Below are positions 1 to 12,706 of a DNA stretch of 64,000 bases, piece after piece. The notes under the pieces are model-generated. The model ran no database searches, had not been told where the DNA came from, and saw only the letters and a program-made list of their open reading frames with translations. The stretch comes from Macrostomum hystrix (Eukaryota > Animalia > Platyhelminthes). Position 1 is the first letter of the stretch. The number at the start of each line of letters is the position of its first letter. Position numbers and translations under genes: made by a program. The DNA lies in the NCBI GenBank assembly GCA_950097015.1, contig CATNEN010000001.1, positions 22,444,001 to 22,508,000 of the forward strand, read 5' to 3'.

Positions 1-507
1 GGAGCAGAGTGTCAGTGTGAGGCTGTGACGGACATGAAGCAGAGTGACAGTGTGAGGCTGGGACAGGCATGGAGCAGAGTGTCAGTGTGAGTCTGGGACA
101 GGCATGGAGCAGAGTGTCAGTGTGAGGCTGGGACAGGCATGGAGCAGAGTGTCATTGTGAGGCTGGGACGGACATGGAGCAGAGTGTCAGCGTGAGGCTG
201 GGACAGGCATGGAGCAGAGTGTCAGTGTGAGGCTGGGACAGGCATGGAGCAGAGTGTCAGTGTGAGTCTGGGACAGGCATGGAGCAGAGTGTCAGTGTGA
301 GGCTGGGACAGGCATGGAGCAGAGTGTCAGTGTGAGTCTGGGACAGGCATGGAGCAGAGTGTCAGTGTGAGTCTGGGACAGGCATGGAGCAGAGTGTCAG
401 TGTGAGGCTGGGACAGGCATGGAGCAGAGTGTCAGTGTGAGTCTGGGACAGGCATGGAGCAGAGTGTCAGTGTGAGTCTGGGACAGGCATGGAGCAGAGT
501 GTCAGTG
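1..507. repeat. 35-bp minisatellite (GGCATGGAGCAGAGTGTCAGTGTGAG[G/T]CTGGGACA)n, intronic, runs off the window start
   Basis: Direct tandem copies visible; ends about 30 nt before the acceptor of the first visible GABA-B exon. Confidence 0.95.
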
Positions 508-537
508 TTGAACTAACTCAAGCGTCGCAACTCAAAG

Positions 538-3500
538 GTATCCTACGAGGACACGTCACCGGAGCTGGGCAATAGCCGTCGCTACAGAAACCTGGTTCGT
601 CTGGCACCGAGCGAAGCTGACGCGAACCTGGCGAGGCTGCAGCTGCTGAGGCAGTTTAGCTGGACCAAGACAGGCTCGCTGTACTACCAGGAATCCGACG
701 GGCACGGCAGCGTGGCTGCGAAAATGGCGGCTGTGCGTTATAAGATTGTTTTGTGCTTGAAATTTATCTTAGAAGATAACGAGAGAACTTTTTCATAATC
801 TACCACGGCTGTTGACCAATTTGGCCAGGCCAGCGCTAACCTCAGCGATCTTCTGGAGTCGCAAGGATTCAACATGAATGACATTTTGTCGGCCAGGTTC
901 ACATCTATGGAGACTGCTATGGAGGCCCTGAGCACGTTCAAGGCGAGTTGCTGACATGTGCGATGCTAAAGATCGCTTCTATAAACATAATAATTGCAGG
1001 AGGTCTGCGGGAAATGAAACATCATTTGGTGACACTAGACCCGCAGCCAGCGAGGAGTCCTGAACACACATGCACACAGATACCGTACGCAGGCACACAG
1101 TAATACACAGGTGTGTACACTGCCTGACTCACTCATCGTCAGGCAGTGTACAAACTGACTGTGCCTTGTACGAGGTTGGCTAGCCCTCGTAGGTTGGCCC
1201 TCAAGAGTGTAAATGGCACGACAAGCCCCAAAATATATGTGGCCTCGCCGCAGAATCGAGCCCGGGACCTTGGTGCCATAGGAGAATGCGTTAAACCGCT
1301 TTGCCACTCACCCCCTCACGATAGAAGAGATGGCTTCTAATATTCGTCCGATTTTCTGAAATTCTTCCAGAACAAACAGTACCGGATCATCTCCGCGTTT
1401 GTGTGCGATATGACTCATCTTGCTGTGCTATTCTGCGCTGTAAGTGAGCCGACAACAGTCGCTTGTTACAAGCATAGACAGACCGACAAAGGAATACTGC
1501 AGACTAAAATTAAAAAAGGCTACAATAGGTTCATGGGAATACTAAGAAGAATACAATTCTACAGACATTTATTGAGCTTTGTGAGATAATATTTTTTAAA
1601 AGATTTTCTAAGAAACCATTTCTTTGTAGAGGCAGTCCTTCCAGGTCAATGCTGTTCCTTGGGGAAGGGGTTTCACAAACTCAAAATTTCACAACGTCGA
1701 AAGCACCTGTCTTCACAAGGCGGAAACTTCAAAGGTCGCAATTTCACAATTAAAAAACATTTTATGGTTTCCATTTCCAGCATGGGGCGATGGTTGTCAC
1801 AAAAGCTTTGAGTTGTGCTTCAATTTAGTAATATATAGATTTGGGAATGCATGCTTAATAAATTAATACAGATTGTCATAAGGAGGTACAAATATTTGCT
1901 TTAAGACGTCATTTGCTATGAAGTTTTCGACGTTCTGAAATTTCGACCTCGCGAAGTTTTAATCTCGTGAAATTTCGACTTCGCAAAGTATTGATCTCGT
2001 GAAATTTCGACCTCGTGAAGTTTCGACCTTGTGAAGTTTCGATCTCGTGAAGTTTCGACATTGTGAAAGCACTCCTTTCCTTGGACAGACAAGACTCAAA
2101 TCCCAAACCCCCCCCGAAGGCGCACCGCACAGGTTTGTTCGGCAATCGGCACGTCTGGATTGTGTCCGGCCCACGCCAGCTGAAGCAGACAGTCGGCAGC
2201 CTCGCCTGTCCACGCGGCGGCTGCAACTGCAGCCGGTGGCAGCTGCAATCGGCGGCCAATCGCAGCCTCTTCATCGACCTGGCCGGGTGGAGAGCGTCTC
2301 AGCTGGCCAGCCAAGGAGTTCCTGCCGAGGTAGCCTACGCCATGGACAGTGTCAGCGCGGTTGCTAGGGCAGCCGGGCAGCTTGTCAAGAACCTGTCGGC
2401 GTCGGAAAACACGGAGGGAGCGTCATTGGTTACCTTGAGTCGTCTGAGAAGTTTGGAACTGATGCAGCAGATGGTGCGGCTGAATTTCACCGGTCAGACG
2501 GTAGGAGTTCATGACAATATTGTTTCTCGTGACTGCTTTAAATCGGTGTCACAAGGGACACCTGTTTGTACTACGGGACACCCTCGTGTACAGACAGTTA
2601 AAACGATAATCTAACAATGCGCTAACAATGCCAACACAAAAAATCCAGGGCACGGTGAGATTCGCGAAGAACTCCAGGCTCGGCTTTCTGTCACTCTATC
2701 AGCTGATCGTATCGCCGAATGGTAAATCTTAAAGTAGACTTCGTACGGATTTGTGTTGATGTACAGTTCGCTATAGATTTCTCAATACTGAAACGAAAAC
2801 TAGGCCAAGTTTCCTACTTGTCCTTCCACACCTTGGACTTAACGGCATCGGCTCTCATGGGCCATTGAGTCTTGTATCTTCTGGTCACGCGCCATGCCAA
2901 ACTCCAATCGCACTGGAGACACTTGTGCCACTCTTCACCTGACTCTACCTGTCCTCTCCTAGACACCTTTTGACCTCTAGGTGGACGAGAAGGACATATG
3001 AGATATTTGATTGGGCCAATCACTTCGCCAAACCAAGCTGTTATCTAAATATTCGTGTTGCTATGCAGGCAGCCACTCCGAGTTGAAGTTTGTCTCCGAG
3101 TTCGACTGCTCGGCTGGTCAGTTTGTCCGGCTGCGGCAGTTCACCGGATGGCCAGGTGAATGGGGAACGTCTGGTGTGGGATTGGGTAGAGTAGATTAAA
3201 TGGAGTAGATTGGGTAGAGTACATTGGGTAGAGTAGATCAGGTAGAGTAGATTGGGTAGAGCAGATCTGTTAGAGCAGATTGGGGTCAGTACACACAGGA
3301 GATTGAAATCGAAGCCTTTAATCAATGTCTCCAATTTAGCGAATCTAACAATTTGCACCTCAGAGGGCTGGCCACCCAGAGATCGCACCCAGGTGGAAGT
3401 CAAAGTCGTCCGTCTGCAGCTCTGGCTCTGCCTGACATTCAGCGGCCTTGCAGCCGCCGGGGTGGCGCTGTCCGTGGCCCTGGTCGCAGTGAACTGCAAG

Positions 3501-6500
3501 TTCCGGCAGCATCCGTGAGTGCAGACGGCAGAAATATCACAGAACTCCGTTTCTCTTTGAAAGTGCAGCTTAATTAGGCCAGCTATGTAGTATTAGGCTG
3601 TAAGCGCTGACGAATTTCATCTTCCTACTTCCGCCATCCTTTGATCTACCTACCTCGTAACATGCCGGCCTCTGTACTGTCACCCAGGTGGCGGTCCTTG
3701 CCTCTGATGATTGCAGGTGATCCTGAAATCTCCTCGAGTTAGTTGAGAGTCCAATTTGAGTTGCTGTGACTATGCTCAACTGCCCCAGTGTTGAAATCTC
3801 ACTGTGACTTGATCGATGATTGATTTGGTTGCAGAATAATTATATCATGTCGTCTTTTCAATGGCAACGATTTTTGCTACCAGAAGGCCTACAAAAAGGA
3901 ACTAAATACCTGTTAGTTCTTGCAATTTATCATATACGTTGCAGCTACATCAAGATGTCCAGTCCGCAGATGAACAATGTCATTGTGATGGGCTGCATTG
4001 TGTGTTACGCCTCCATGATCCTGTTGGCCTCGGATGGGTCCAGCCTGGCCAGCTCACTGCGTTCTGAACCAATGCTACCCGGCATATGCGCGGTGAGTCT
4101 GTTCTAAAAGCAGCGAAAATTCTGCAAAACTTTGCTGCAATCCCTTCTGCGATTCTAGCTCCTGCTGCGATTCTAGCTCCTGCTACAACTCCTGCTCCTG
4201 CTGCGATTCTTTACGTAGCTTTTGTTGCGATTCTAGCTGTAGCTCTTGCTGCGATTCTAGCCCCTGCTAAAATTCAAACTCCTGCTGCGATTCTAGCCCC
4301 TGCTGCGATTCTAGCCACTGCTGCGATTTTATCCCCTGCATCGATTTAAGCTGCAGCTCCTGCTGCGATTCCAGATATAGCTCCAACTGTAGCTCCTGTT
4401 GCGATTCTAGCCCCTGCTGCGTTTCTAGCTCCTGCTGCGATTCTAGCTGCAGCCCCTGCTGCGATTCTCTTGCTGTAGCTACTGCACGATTCTTGCTGCG
4501 ATTCTGGGAGCACTTACTAGAACGACTTCAGCTTTTGCTGCTTTGTCTTAATATGCACCGAACAAATTTAGCCATTTTTTAAAAAGCATTCATGTATAAA
4601 AATCGCTGTTTGTGTAGGGATGCCCTTAAATTTAGCTTTGCTGTGATATTACAATTATCATTTGAATTTTTCGCATTACTAAATATGCGAGGGAAATAAT
4701 GAATCTAACGGTATTCAAAAGAAACACCTCAGTGCCGCACGGGGCTGACCAAGGTGCAACTTGGCTAACCAGACTAAATTATTGAAGTAAGGCGTGTCCA
4801 ACCACCCCGAGTCCTTCCTTCTGGGGATTCTAGAGAGGCCGGGATTCGGGATCTCGTGCCGCCGCTGATCAGCAGAAGTCCGTCTGGGCGATCGGAGGAA
4901 GACTCGATTTCCGTTTCTCATCCCTGCCTGCATTAGCGGCCTCGCCGTCTCGCCCTGCCTATCCAGTGCTCAGGACTTGAAAGAGTCCGTCTACCCTTCG
5001 CGCCGCCGTCCATGGTCTTTTATCTTTCTGCCCGGCCTTTTAAATCTCTTCAAGCAATCGCGCTATGAAAATTTTTCGATTTGCTTCCACCTGAAATTTT
5101 CGCTTGAAGATCAAAGGGAGCTGCGACAGAGAAAATGGCAAAGAGAGGCCGGTGCTATGGGCCAATTTATTTAAGATGCGTTTAGCGAGCAAAATTGCTT
5201 CAGCGGAGAGCAGTTTACGCTGATTTCTGCTGAACTTGTTTTTCCCCAGTTCAGCGCTGCTAATCGATGCGCTTTCCGGATAGCCAAACGAGGTTGCAAA
5301 CAAAGTCGCAGACCCATGTTATCCATCCTTTCTTGTCCTTGGCTATGCAGAAGCGAGTGCATTGGATCAGACGATCAGTCCTTTCAAAAGTGAACAATTT
5401 TCTATCTCTCAGGCCCGCTCGTGGACTCTGTGCATTGGATTCACTCTCTCATTTGGCGCAATGTTTAGCAAGACATGGCGGGTGCACTGCATCTTCACTA
5501 ACATCAGCATGAACAAGAAGGTGAGCAATAGGAGCCTTTGTGCTCCGAGCATTCAACAATGTGCAGCAGTTGTTGCACCTCTGATTTGAATTGTCAATAT
5601 CTGCAGATCATCAAGGACTACCAGCTGTTGCTGATAGTGCTTCTCTTGCTGCTAATTGACATTGCCATCCTGACAGTGTGGACCGTACTGGATCCTATGT
5701 CTAGCGAGAAACAACTCATCGGCATTGAGGTTCGCTTTGGTCCAATTCAGATTTTTCGGGTGCTAAAATGGTCTCAACAATGGCAACGCTTTAATTTAGT
5801 AATTCATTATCATAAAGCACAGCGTAAAAAAACAAAAATTCCAGAATCTTTCGGCTGATCGAGAGGTTCACTTCTACAATGAAGTTTGCACCAGCCATCG
5901 GTTAACGCTGTGGATTGGCGTTCTGTTTGCTTACAAAGGGCTGTTGTTGGTGAGAGAGCGTGAAAAAAACAAAAAACAGTGGGTCAGATTTGCTAGTCTA
6001 GTATACTAAAATACAAAGTGATAGCGGTATTGCACCAAGGTCCCTGAGTTTGAGTGCGCGGCGCAGGAATTTAGGGTTCTGCTGCGGAGATAAGTCTTGG
6101 GGGCTTTTGAACATAATGAGGGCCATCCCACGCAGTGTGTGCGCCTGCAGGGCCAGCAAACGGCAGAATTGTCTCCCGACTGGCTGCCAATAATTATACA
6201 ACTCATATAAATCATATAAAATAGACACAAAGCCAAATCACTACTCAGATAATTGGCTGCTTCTTCGCTTGGGAGACTCGCAGTGTGAACATCCCAGCGC
6301 TGAACGACAGTAAGTACATCGGCCTGTCCGTGTACAACGCTCTGGTGATGTGCGTCTCCGGGGCCGCAGTCAGCTTCGCGCTCAACGACAACCAGAATGC
6401 GGCATTTGTCATCACCTCGCTGCTCATCTTTTGCTGCACCAGCATCACACTTTTACTGCTCTTCTCTCCAAAGGTGAGAATTTTGTTATGTTTTGTACTT

Positions 6501-9500
6501 TTTAGAAATCAAATAAAAAACTACTCCATGACTAATTCCGCCCTCGCCAGTTGATTGAGATTCGTCGGGACCCCCGAGGCGAGGCCAGGCGGGCCAGAGC
6601 AACACTGCTTCGCGGTGGCACAATGGCGGGGGCTGCGAGACGAAAGCAGCAGCAGCGGCAGCAACAACAACAGGATGGCAACCTGCAACAGCAGCTGTAC
6701 CAGCCAGAGCGTCGAGGACTTCGTCACAATCCAACAGCTAGCTCCAATTATTTTGGACTCAGCATGGCCAAAGCGCTGGACGAAAATAGGCAGCTGAGCG
6801 CCAGACTAAGCTCTGTAAGTTGCGCTGAAGAGTTTTAAACTGACTAGCTCGAGATGACGGGTCATTTAAACCCTAATTTTCTAAGAAACTGTCCGAGCTG
6901 GAGAGAGCCGAGACGCGGCTAGCGGCCCTGCGAGTCGGCCTGGAAAGCCGCTCGCAATCCCCGGCTGAGATTCGACAACGCTGGCTACAATTCGCCAGCC
7001 GGCTGCCTCCGTTTGGTACGGCTTTGCTGAAGCGGACTTACTTTCGAACTATCCTACTGGCATTCAGTAGGATAGACATATTTATTTCACATCACATTAT
7101 ATTTTTCAGATTACATTGATGCCGAGAGGGACAGCGACATCCAGAGACACACTACTCAGCCGAGAGATGAGGATGAACAATTTCAGGAGATTTGGGTGCC
7201 CAGAGTGGACAGGTGAAACTCAGCTTGTTTGGGAATATTTAATTTTGCGGAATCAAAAGCGAATACTCAAGCGTAGCAGTTGAATATTTACCTTGCCTTT
7301 CAAATATTGATTACGTACAGGTTTCTGCCCAGTCTGACCTGTTTCTGACCTTGTCTAACAGGTGTTTACTTTGTCTGAATGTGTTTACTTTATCTGAAAG
7401 TGTTTACCTTGTCTTAAAGGTGTTTACTTTGTCCGAGAGGTGTTTACCTTGTCTGAAGGAGTTAACCTTGTCTGAAGGAGTTTACTTTGTCTGAAGGTGT
7501 TTACTTTGTCTGACAGGTGTTTACTTTGTCTGACAAGTGTTTACTTTGTCTGAAGGTGTTTACTTTGTCTGAAGGTGCTTACTTTGTCTGAAGGTGTTTA
7601 CTTTGTCTGACAGGTGTTTACTTTGTCTGACAGGTGTTTACTTTGTCTGAAAGGTGTTTACTTTGTCTGACAGGTGTTTACTTTGTCTGACAGGTGTTTA
7701 CTTTGTCTGAAAGGTGTTTACTTTGTCTGACAGGTGTTTACTTTGTCTTACAGGTGTTTACTTTGTCTGACAGGTGTTTACTTTGTCTGAAGGTGTTTAC
7801 TTTGTCTGACAGGTGTTTACTTTGTCTGACAGGAGTTTACTTTGTCTGACAGGTGTTTACTTTGTCTGACAGGTGTTTACTTTGTCTGACAGGTGTTTAC
7901 TTTGTCTGACAGGTGTTTACTTTGTCTGACAGGTGTTTACTTTGTCTGAAAGGTGTTTACTTTGTCTGACAGGTGTTTACTTTGTCTGAAAGGTGTTTAC
8001 TTTGTCTGACAGGTGTTTACTTTGTCTTACAGGTGTTTACTTTGTCTGACAGGTGTTTACTTTGTCTGAAGGTGTTTACTTTGTCTGACAGGTGTTTACT
8101 TTGTCTGACAGGAGTTTACTTTGTCTGACAGGTGTTTACTTTGTCTGACAGGTGTTTACTTTGTCTGACAGGTGTTTACTTTGTCTGACAGGTGTTTACT
8201 TTGTCTGACAGGTGTTTACTTTGTCTGACAGGTGTTTACTTTGTCTGACAGGAGTTTACTTTGTCTGACAGGTGTTTACTTTGTCTGACAGGTGTTTACT
8301 TTGTCTGACAGGTGTTTACTTTGTCTGACAGGTGTTTACTTTGTCTGACTGGTGTTTACTTTGTCTTAAATGTGTTTACTTTGTCCGAGAGGTGTTTACC
8401 TTGTCTGACAGGAGTTTACTTTGTCTGACAGGAGTTTACTTTGTCTGAAGGTGTTTACCTTGTCTGAAGGTGTTTACTTTGTCTGACAGGTGTTTACTTT
8501 GTCCGAGAGGTGTTTACCTTGTCTGACAGGTGTTTACCTTGTCTGAAGGTGTTTACTTTGTCTGACAGGTGTTTACTTTGTCTGACAGGAGTTTACTTTG
8601 TCTGAAGGTGTTTACCTTGTCTGAAGGTGTTTACTTTGTCTTACAGGTGTTTACTTTGTCTGACAGGTGTTTACTTTGTCTGAAGGTGTTTACTTTGTCT
8701 GACAGGTGTTTACTTTGTCTGACAGGAGTTTACTTTGTCTGACAGGTGTTTACTTTGTCTGACAGGTGTTTACTTTGTCTGACAGGTGTTTACTTTGTCT
8801 GACAGGTGTTTACTTTGTCTGACAGGTGTTTACTTTGTCTGACAGGAGTTTACTTTGTCTGACAGGTGTTTACTTTGTCTGACAGGTGTTTACTTTGTCT
8901 GACAGGTGTTTACTTTGTCTGACAGGTGTTTACTTTGTCTGACTGGTGTTTACTTTGTCTTAAATGTGTTTACTTTGTCCGAGAGGTGTTTACCTTGTCT
9001 GACAGGAGTTTACTTTGTCTGACAGGAGTTTACTTTGTCTGAAGGTGTTTACCTTGTCTGAAGGTGTTTACTTTGTCTGACAGGTGTTTACTTTGTCCGA
9101 GAGGTGTTTACCTTGTCTGACAGGTGTTTACCTTGTCTGAAGGTGTTTACTTTGTCTGACAGGTGTTTACTTTGTCCGAGAGGTGTTTACCTTGTCTGAC
9201 AGGTGTTTACCTTATATGATTAAGGCAAACAGAAAAAAACAGACAGCCTGCAAATTCTCTTTTCCACCACTGTAAAACTGTTGTTACAGCCCAGCAACGA
9301 AGCGCCGTCAGCAACAGCAGCGGGAGCAACAAAATCGATTAGTTCAAGGTGATATGGACAGCGACACCGACTCGTTTGAGCAGCAGATTGCGGACGTTCA
9401 AGAACGACTGTTGGCTTCAGAGCCGCGGTGAGTTCCATCCGATGGAAGTTGCGCACCTGTCTGACAGTTTGAAAAGACTAGTACAATAACAATTATTAAA

Positions 9501-9955
9501 GCATTGTAAAATCTACCAAAACTATTTTTCGCACTTTAATCCACAATCTGCAGATAATTTGAGAAATTGACCAAACCCTTTTGGTTCAATCAGCTTTGTG
9601 CAAACAAGTAAATACAATCTAGAAGCTTTCATGTCCTAGATTGTAGCATTGCTGAATATTTAGTCTACTTTGTGTCCATATAGCTGTGATAGTGATTCAT
9701 GTATTGCTAAAGAAACATGTACGAGACTCGTAAATTGTTTACTAGCTTTGTAACTGTAGCTATAATATAAAAATGTTGTCACTATTGCAAGCCCTTGTCA
9801 ATGTTGTCATTTCTGACAATTCATTTCAGACAGTCTATATGAGAAACATACAATTTGATAATTTCAGACTCGCAAGCCCTGAACCGGAGACATCAGGAAT
9901 CATTGTGGATGTCAACGATGAACTGTCAGCAACGAAGGACACAGCAAGATACTAG
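538..9955 (+). CDS. GABBR2: GABA-B receptor subunit (class C GPCR, GABA-B2-like), 5'-partial. Inferred exons: 538-732, 829-942, 1371-1439, 2120-2500, 2649-2721, 3069-3155, 3364-3514, 3945-4092, 5413-5520, 5607-5729, 5845-5949, 6249-6473, 6551-6814, 6886-7015, 7110-7212, 9290-9427, 9868-9955
   Basis: Hand-spliced exons give Venus-flytrap segments ([42 protein letters not shown]; YAMDSV; LNFTGQTGTVRF) and GABA-B 7TM motifs ([62 protein letters not shown]), then a coiled-coil tail. Splice phases are consistent. R2 versus R1/R3 assignment and the C-terminal exons are less certain. Confidence 0.88.
986..1316 (-). mobile_element. tRNA-derived SINE, family A copy 1 (intronic)
   Basis: Minus strand starts GGGGTGAGTGGCAAAGCGG (A box) ... 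GGCTCGATTCT (B box) and ends CCTCCTGCAATTATTAT; homologous to 14822-15189 and 18718-19045. Confidence 0.75.
1918..2062. repeat. ~16-bp degenerate tandem repeat (GTGAA[A/G]TTTCGACCTC)
   Basis: Visible tandem copies in an intron. Confidence 0.8.
4133..4506. repeat. 18-bp minisatellite (CCTGCTGCGATTCTAGC[T/C])
   Basis: Visible tandem copies; source of the spurious PAAILA-repeat ORF. Confidence 0.9.
6019..6197 (+). mobile_element. Degenerate, internally deleted copy of SINE family A
   Basis: Shares GCACCAAGGTCCC, GCTGCGGAGA, CTTGGGGGCTT, GAGGGCCA and GGCAGAATTG..CTGGCTGC blocks with the other copies. Confidence 0.55.
7330..9213. repeat. 20-bp minisatellite (GGTGTTTACTTTGTCTGACA)n, about 1.9 kb, intronic
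   Basis: Direct tandem array. Confidence 0.97.
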
Positions 9956-9957
9956 AT

Positions 9958-10313
9958 AACTGAGGATCTGGGAGAGTGACTGCTCAACCTGAGGATCTGG
10001 GAAAGTGACTGCTTAACCTGAGGATCTGAGAGAGTGACTGCTGAATCTGAAGATCTGGGAGAGTGACTGCTCAACCTGATGATCTGGGAGAGTGGCTGCT
10101 CAACCTGAGGATCTGGGAGAGTGACTGCTCAATCTGAAGATCTGGGAGAGTGACTGCTCAACCTGAGGATCTGGGAGAGTGGCTGCTCAACCTGAGGATC
10201 TGGGAGAGTGACTGCTCAATCTGAAGATCTGGGAGAGTGACTGCTCAACCTGAGGATCTGGGAGAGTGACTGCTCAACCTGAGGATCTGGGAGAGTGACT
10301 GCTCAACCTGAGG
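9958..10313. repeat. 29-bp minisatellite (CTGAGGATCTGGGAGAGTGACTGCTCAAC)n right after the GABA-B stop codon
   Basis: About 12 tandem copies. Confidence 0.95.
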
Positions 10314-10677
10314 AATAGTATAAAATAAAAACTTGCCAATTTTTTTACTTAATGCAAAATTTATTTTAAGTTATTTAATACGAGTACAACGTTAATGCAA
10401 CAATCATTGAACGCTTATAACTAGAATATATAAATTAAAAATTGATTTGTAACGATTCTATTTTTTGTATTTGTGAAATTAGATGGCAGATGTTAAATAA
10501 TAATATTAATAAATATTTCACAGGTAAATTTTTAGCCCTAAATAAAAAACAAATGCATCGCTATCTTCCGTGTCAATAAAAACAACAGAAGTATTGAGCT
10601 GTTTCGATATACTACTAACCAGTGAACAGTAAATTAGACTAAATACGCATCGATGAAAGCATAAAACAGTTGGACGT

Positions 10678-10935
10678 TCAAACATTCCAGCCAGTTTCCC
10701 AGTTCCCGCAAACTGCTGCATCAAATTTAGCTGCACAATCCAGATACACGCCGGAGTCTGTCGGCTCAACGAACTCGTCGTCCTGTACGAATTTGGCCCA
10801 ATTTTGAACATCGAACTTGCCGGCGACTGTGGGAACTACGTTCTTGGGCTGCTGCTGCTGCTTCGTTAACTGCTGAGCTGTTTGCCGTTGAAACGACGGG
10901 CCGTAGCGAGTGACGACATCTTTAGAGTTCGACAT
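10678..10935 (-). CDS. Small hypothetical protein or terminal exon (85 aa)
   Basis: GC-rich open frame in AT-rich surroundings, preceded on the minus strand by a TCTCTTTCAG acceptor; no recognised domain. Confidence 0.35.
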   Translation of the reverse strand: MSNSKDVVTRYGPSFQRQTAQQLTKQQQQPKNVVPTVAGKFDVQNWAKFVQDDEFVEPTDSGVYLDCAAKFDAAVCGNWETGWNV

Positions 10936-11199
10936 GAATTTGGCGATGTAACTGCTGAAAGAGATATATGATGCGCAGTTTGTTTGGATTGTGTTATTGG
11001 ATTCATCGATTAGCTTAGGTAACTCATAATAGGTAAGCAGCTTTCAATAAAAATGGGAATCAGTAAAATAAATTTATTATGAAAGACAGGCAAAATTTTC
11101 AATATATTTACATTGTAATGTACGATAAAAAGTGCAGTAGAAAACTAATTTATATTTTTTGTTGGACCAAGACTAGAGAGCGGAATTTTGATTCAGTAT

Positions 11200-11822
11200 A
11201 ACAGCAGATTCTCAGGTGGATAACGAGATGTACATAAGGGCGGATTAGTTGATTCTAGGCGTGGATTAACTGTTTCAAGAGTTTATTATTATGATTCTAG
11301 AGGTGGATTAACTGATTCTAGAGGTGGATTAACAGGTTCTAGTGGTGGATTATCAGTTTCTCGAGGTGGAATAACAGATTCTAGAGGTGGATTAACTGAT
11401 TCTAGAGGTGGATTAACTGATTTTTGAGGTGGATTATCAGATTCTAGAGGTGGATTAACTTATTCTAGAGGTGGATTATTAGATTCTACAAGTGGATTAT
11501 CAAATACTAGAGGTGGATTATCAGATACTAGAGGTGGATTATCAGATACTAGAGGTGGATTATCAGATTCTAGAGGTGGATTAACTGATTCTAGAGGTGG
11601 ATTAACTGATTCTAGAGGTGGATTAACTTATTCTAGAGGTGGATTATCAGACTCTACAAGTGGATTATCAGACACTAGAGGTGGATTATCAGATTCTGGA
11701 GGTGGATTATCAGATTCTAGAGGTGGATTATCAGATTCTAGAGGTGGATTATCAGATTTTATAAGTGGATAAACCGATTCTAGAGGTGGATTAACTGATT
11801 CTAGTGGAGGATTAACGAGTTC
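11200..11822. repeat. 21-bp minisatellite (TCTAGAGGTGGATTATCAGAT)n
   Basis: Direct tandem array. Confidence 0.95.
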
Positions 11823-11911
11823 TCAATAGAACTCAAAGATAGATTAACGGATGTAACACTGGTGAATTTCCTGAAGTGAATTTTCATGGATATAAGATTA
11901 TCTTTCAGCAC

Positions 11912-12409
11912 TCAGTTCGCAGCCTTCTCGGCCTCTTCAAGCAGTTTTGCCAGCTCACTGTGTCCGGCCTCGGCGGCCCGCATCGCCGGTGTTCGACCGT
12001 CGGCATCAGCGGCGCCGGGCTTGGCTCCGCGGGCCAGCAGGAGGCGGGCACAGTGCACTCTGCCAGCTCCGGCGGCGCGATGCAACGGCGAAGCGCCACC
12101 GGCGCGGGTGACAGCGTCAGGATCAGCGCCAGTATCGAGCAGGTACTGGCACACTGCAAGTTGGCCAGCACGGCAGGCATAGTGCAATGCTGTGTACCCA
12201 CCAGCGTCACGAGCATCGACCAAGTGTCTGCCGCGCCCAGACTCACTGTCGCCTTCGATCAGGCGTTTCAACCGAGCCAAGTCGCCAGCCAGTGCGGCCG
12301 GCCAAGGACCGCGATCGAAGTCCAGCTCAGACAGGGTTTGAACTACAGATGGGGCAGTTGATGCTGCTGAGCTGTGGCAGTGGCAGTTCATTTCTGTCGA
12401 GTGCTTCAT
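11912..12409 (-). CDS. ANKRD39: Ankyrin repeat domain protein 39-like
   Basis: QTLSELDFDRGPWPAALAGDL matches the ANKRD39 N-terminal signature; followed by GYTALHYAC, GASPLHRAA and GRTPAMRAA ankyrin repeats; TTTTCCACAG acceptor just upstream of ATG 12409. Confidence 0.85.
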   Translation of the reverse strand: MKHSTEMNCHCHSSAASTAPSVVQTLSELDFDRGPWPAALAGDLARLKRLIEGDSESGRGRHLVDARDAGGYTALHYACRAGQLAVCQYLLDTGADPDAVTRAGGASPLHRAAGAGRVHCARLLLARGAKPGAADADGRTPAMRAAEAGHSELAKLLEEAEKAAN

Positions 12410-12680
12410 TGCTAACTGCCTGTGGAAAATTGTTGTATATTGTAAATACTTCTGCGCAGCAATCAAAAGCAAACGACAGATGGTAAGGATCAATAAATTA
12501 AAACAGAGGTTCTTCTTGATAAATTTTGAATCTCAACTTTTGAGTCTGTTAGCTAATCATAACATGTTCACTTATTTATTAGAAAATTTATCAGGGCTTA
12601 TCACTTTATTTCTATCTCTGTCTCTTGGTAGTGAATCACTAAGGCCAATTGAGTTCTGTTATTACACAATTTTCCTCTAT

Positions 12681-12706
12681 TTGGTGGCCCTGAAAAGGGC
12701 CGTTTT
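12681..12706 (-). promoter_or_regulatory. Canonical histone mRNA 3' stem-loop without an intact histone ORF
   Basis: Minus strand reads AAAAC-GGCCCT-TTTC-AGGGCC-ACCAA followed by purine-rich ATAGAGGAAAA. Confidence 0.75.

Noticed and set aside
1-507. 35-bp repeats (and other 20-29 bp arrays) as a CRISPR array
   Set aside because: Head-to-tail tandem units without unique spacers; eukaryotic intronic context; no cas genes
4086-4349. PAAILA-repeat ORF
   Set aside because: Read-through from an exon into an intronic 18-bp minisatellite
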